NCBI RefSeq assembly: GCF_009914755.1
Contig: NC_060925.1
DNA: 64,000 nt
Reading direction: 5' to 3' (one strand)
Origin: the human T2T-CHM13v2.0 reference genome, Homo sapiens
Shown here piece after piece: positions 62,759-64,000 of this stretch (position 1 is the stretch's first letter; every line of letters begins with the position of its first letter). The translations under genes were made by a program, and so were the position numbers. The notes beneath the pieces are model-generated. The model saw only the letters and a list, made by a program, of their open reading frames with translations. It was not told where the DNA came from and did not search any database.

Positions 62759-63440
62759 CTTTAGAGAAAAGAACTTCAGGGTTATTGGAAGGACTGACCA
62801 GAGCTAGGCCCTAGGCAAAAAGCCCAGGGTAGAGAGCTGAACTCCAGTCATGCTCGGGAAATGGAACGGCAGGGAGGAACCTGGGGTTCTTGCAGCTTTG
62901 TCACATATATAGAATGGATTCAGTAAGGGGATCTGCTGCCTGTGGCACAGCTGGTACCGAGGGCATAGTCACTCTCAGCCTACTGTATACTGAGCTCACA
63001 GCAAAGGGATTAATTCCAGACTTTACTTGCTGGCAGCACAGAGAATCCTTGAACTTGCTTGGTCTTGGTCAGAACAGCTCAAGACCCGAAGAGCACAGGT
63101 AGATCTCCACGACTTGCAGCAGAACAGGCATAGGAAAGTCAGAGGAAAAATGATGCTGCTGTTGTTGCTGCTGGCAAACGGATCTATCAGACTCACTGTG
63201 TTCCAGGCAGTAGTCTAATACCTTTATCTTCTTCCCATGAGATGTACCTCTGGCTCGTTTCCTGATTTTCTTTGGATCTCTGATTTAGTGTCGCTTCTCA
63301 GAGATGCTTTGCCTGGTCATCTTATATAACCCAGCAAATGCATCCCCGTCACTCCCCCACTATTCCTTTTACTCTGTTATTTACTTTTTAGTTACCTACG
63401 TCCTCACTCAGAAAAATTAGCTCTTTAAAAATAGAATCAT

Positions 63441-63766
<326 letters not shown>

Positions 63767-63787
63767 CTACACAATTTGAGGGGCACA

Positions 63788-64000
63788 AGTGGGCCGAATT
63801 GTGTGCCCCCAATTCATGTGTTGAAATCTTAATCCCTAAGTACCTCAGAATGTGACTGTATTTGAAAACAGAGTTTCCAAAGATGTTATTACATTAAAAT
63901 GAGGCCGTGAGGGTGGGACCAATATGACTGATGTCCTTATAAGTGGAGGAATTTAGACACGAAAGGACACACCAGGGTTGAGCACCTGCACAGAGAAAAC
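63788..64000 (+). mobile_element. MLT1A/B LTR, cut by the window edge
   Basis: GAATTGTGTGCCCCCAATTCATGTGTTGAAA...CCTCAGAATGTGACTGTATTTG...ATGACTGATGTCCTTATAAG. Confidence 0.85.

Overview
Primate (most likely human or ape) nuclear DNA, intronic or intergenic. I see no CpG island, no recognisable protein-coding exon, no rRNA or tRNA gene and no CRISPR array. By eye roughly half the window is interspersed repeat: a MER41B LTR at the left edge, a full-length THE1C MaLR element, several solo MaLR/ERVL LTRs, five AluS copies, old L1M fragments, L1PB1 and L1PA4-like 3' ends, many L2 and MIR remnants, and hAT/Tigger DNA-transposon fossils. Subfamily names come from recalled consensus sequences and need RepeatMasker/Dfam confirmation. 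Most ORFs in the track are chance or repeat-derived. The only recognisable protein remnants are the THE1-int ORF and two hAT transposase C-termini. I found no evidence of a new multi-gene system and could not identify the locus. Best leads: (1) an old ~255-bp inverted duplication with template-switch geometry at 4946-5587; (2) a MER41B retaining both tandem STAT1 GAS sites; (3) a minus-strand TATA/MEF2/E-box candidate promoter with a short MDCCFSEK first exon at ~61.3-61.45 kb and a phase-compatible 63-nt candidate exon at 44940-45002; (4) a young 86-bp tandem duplication; (5) a 136-bp insert flanked by an 8-bp direct repeat; (6) palindromic AT-rich microsatellites.
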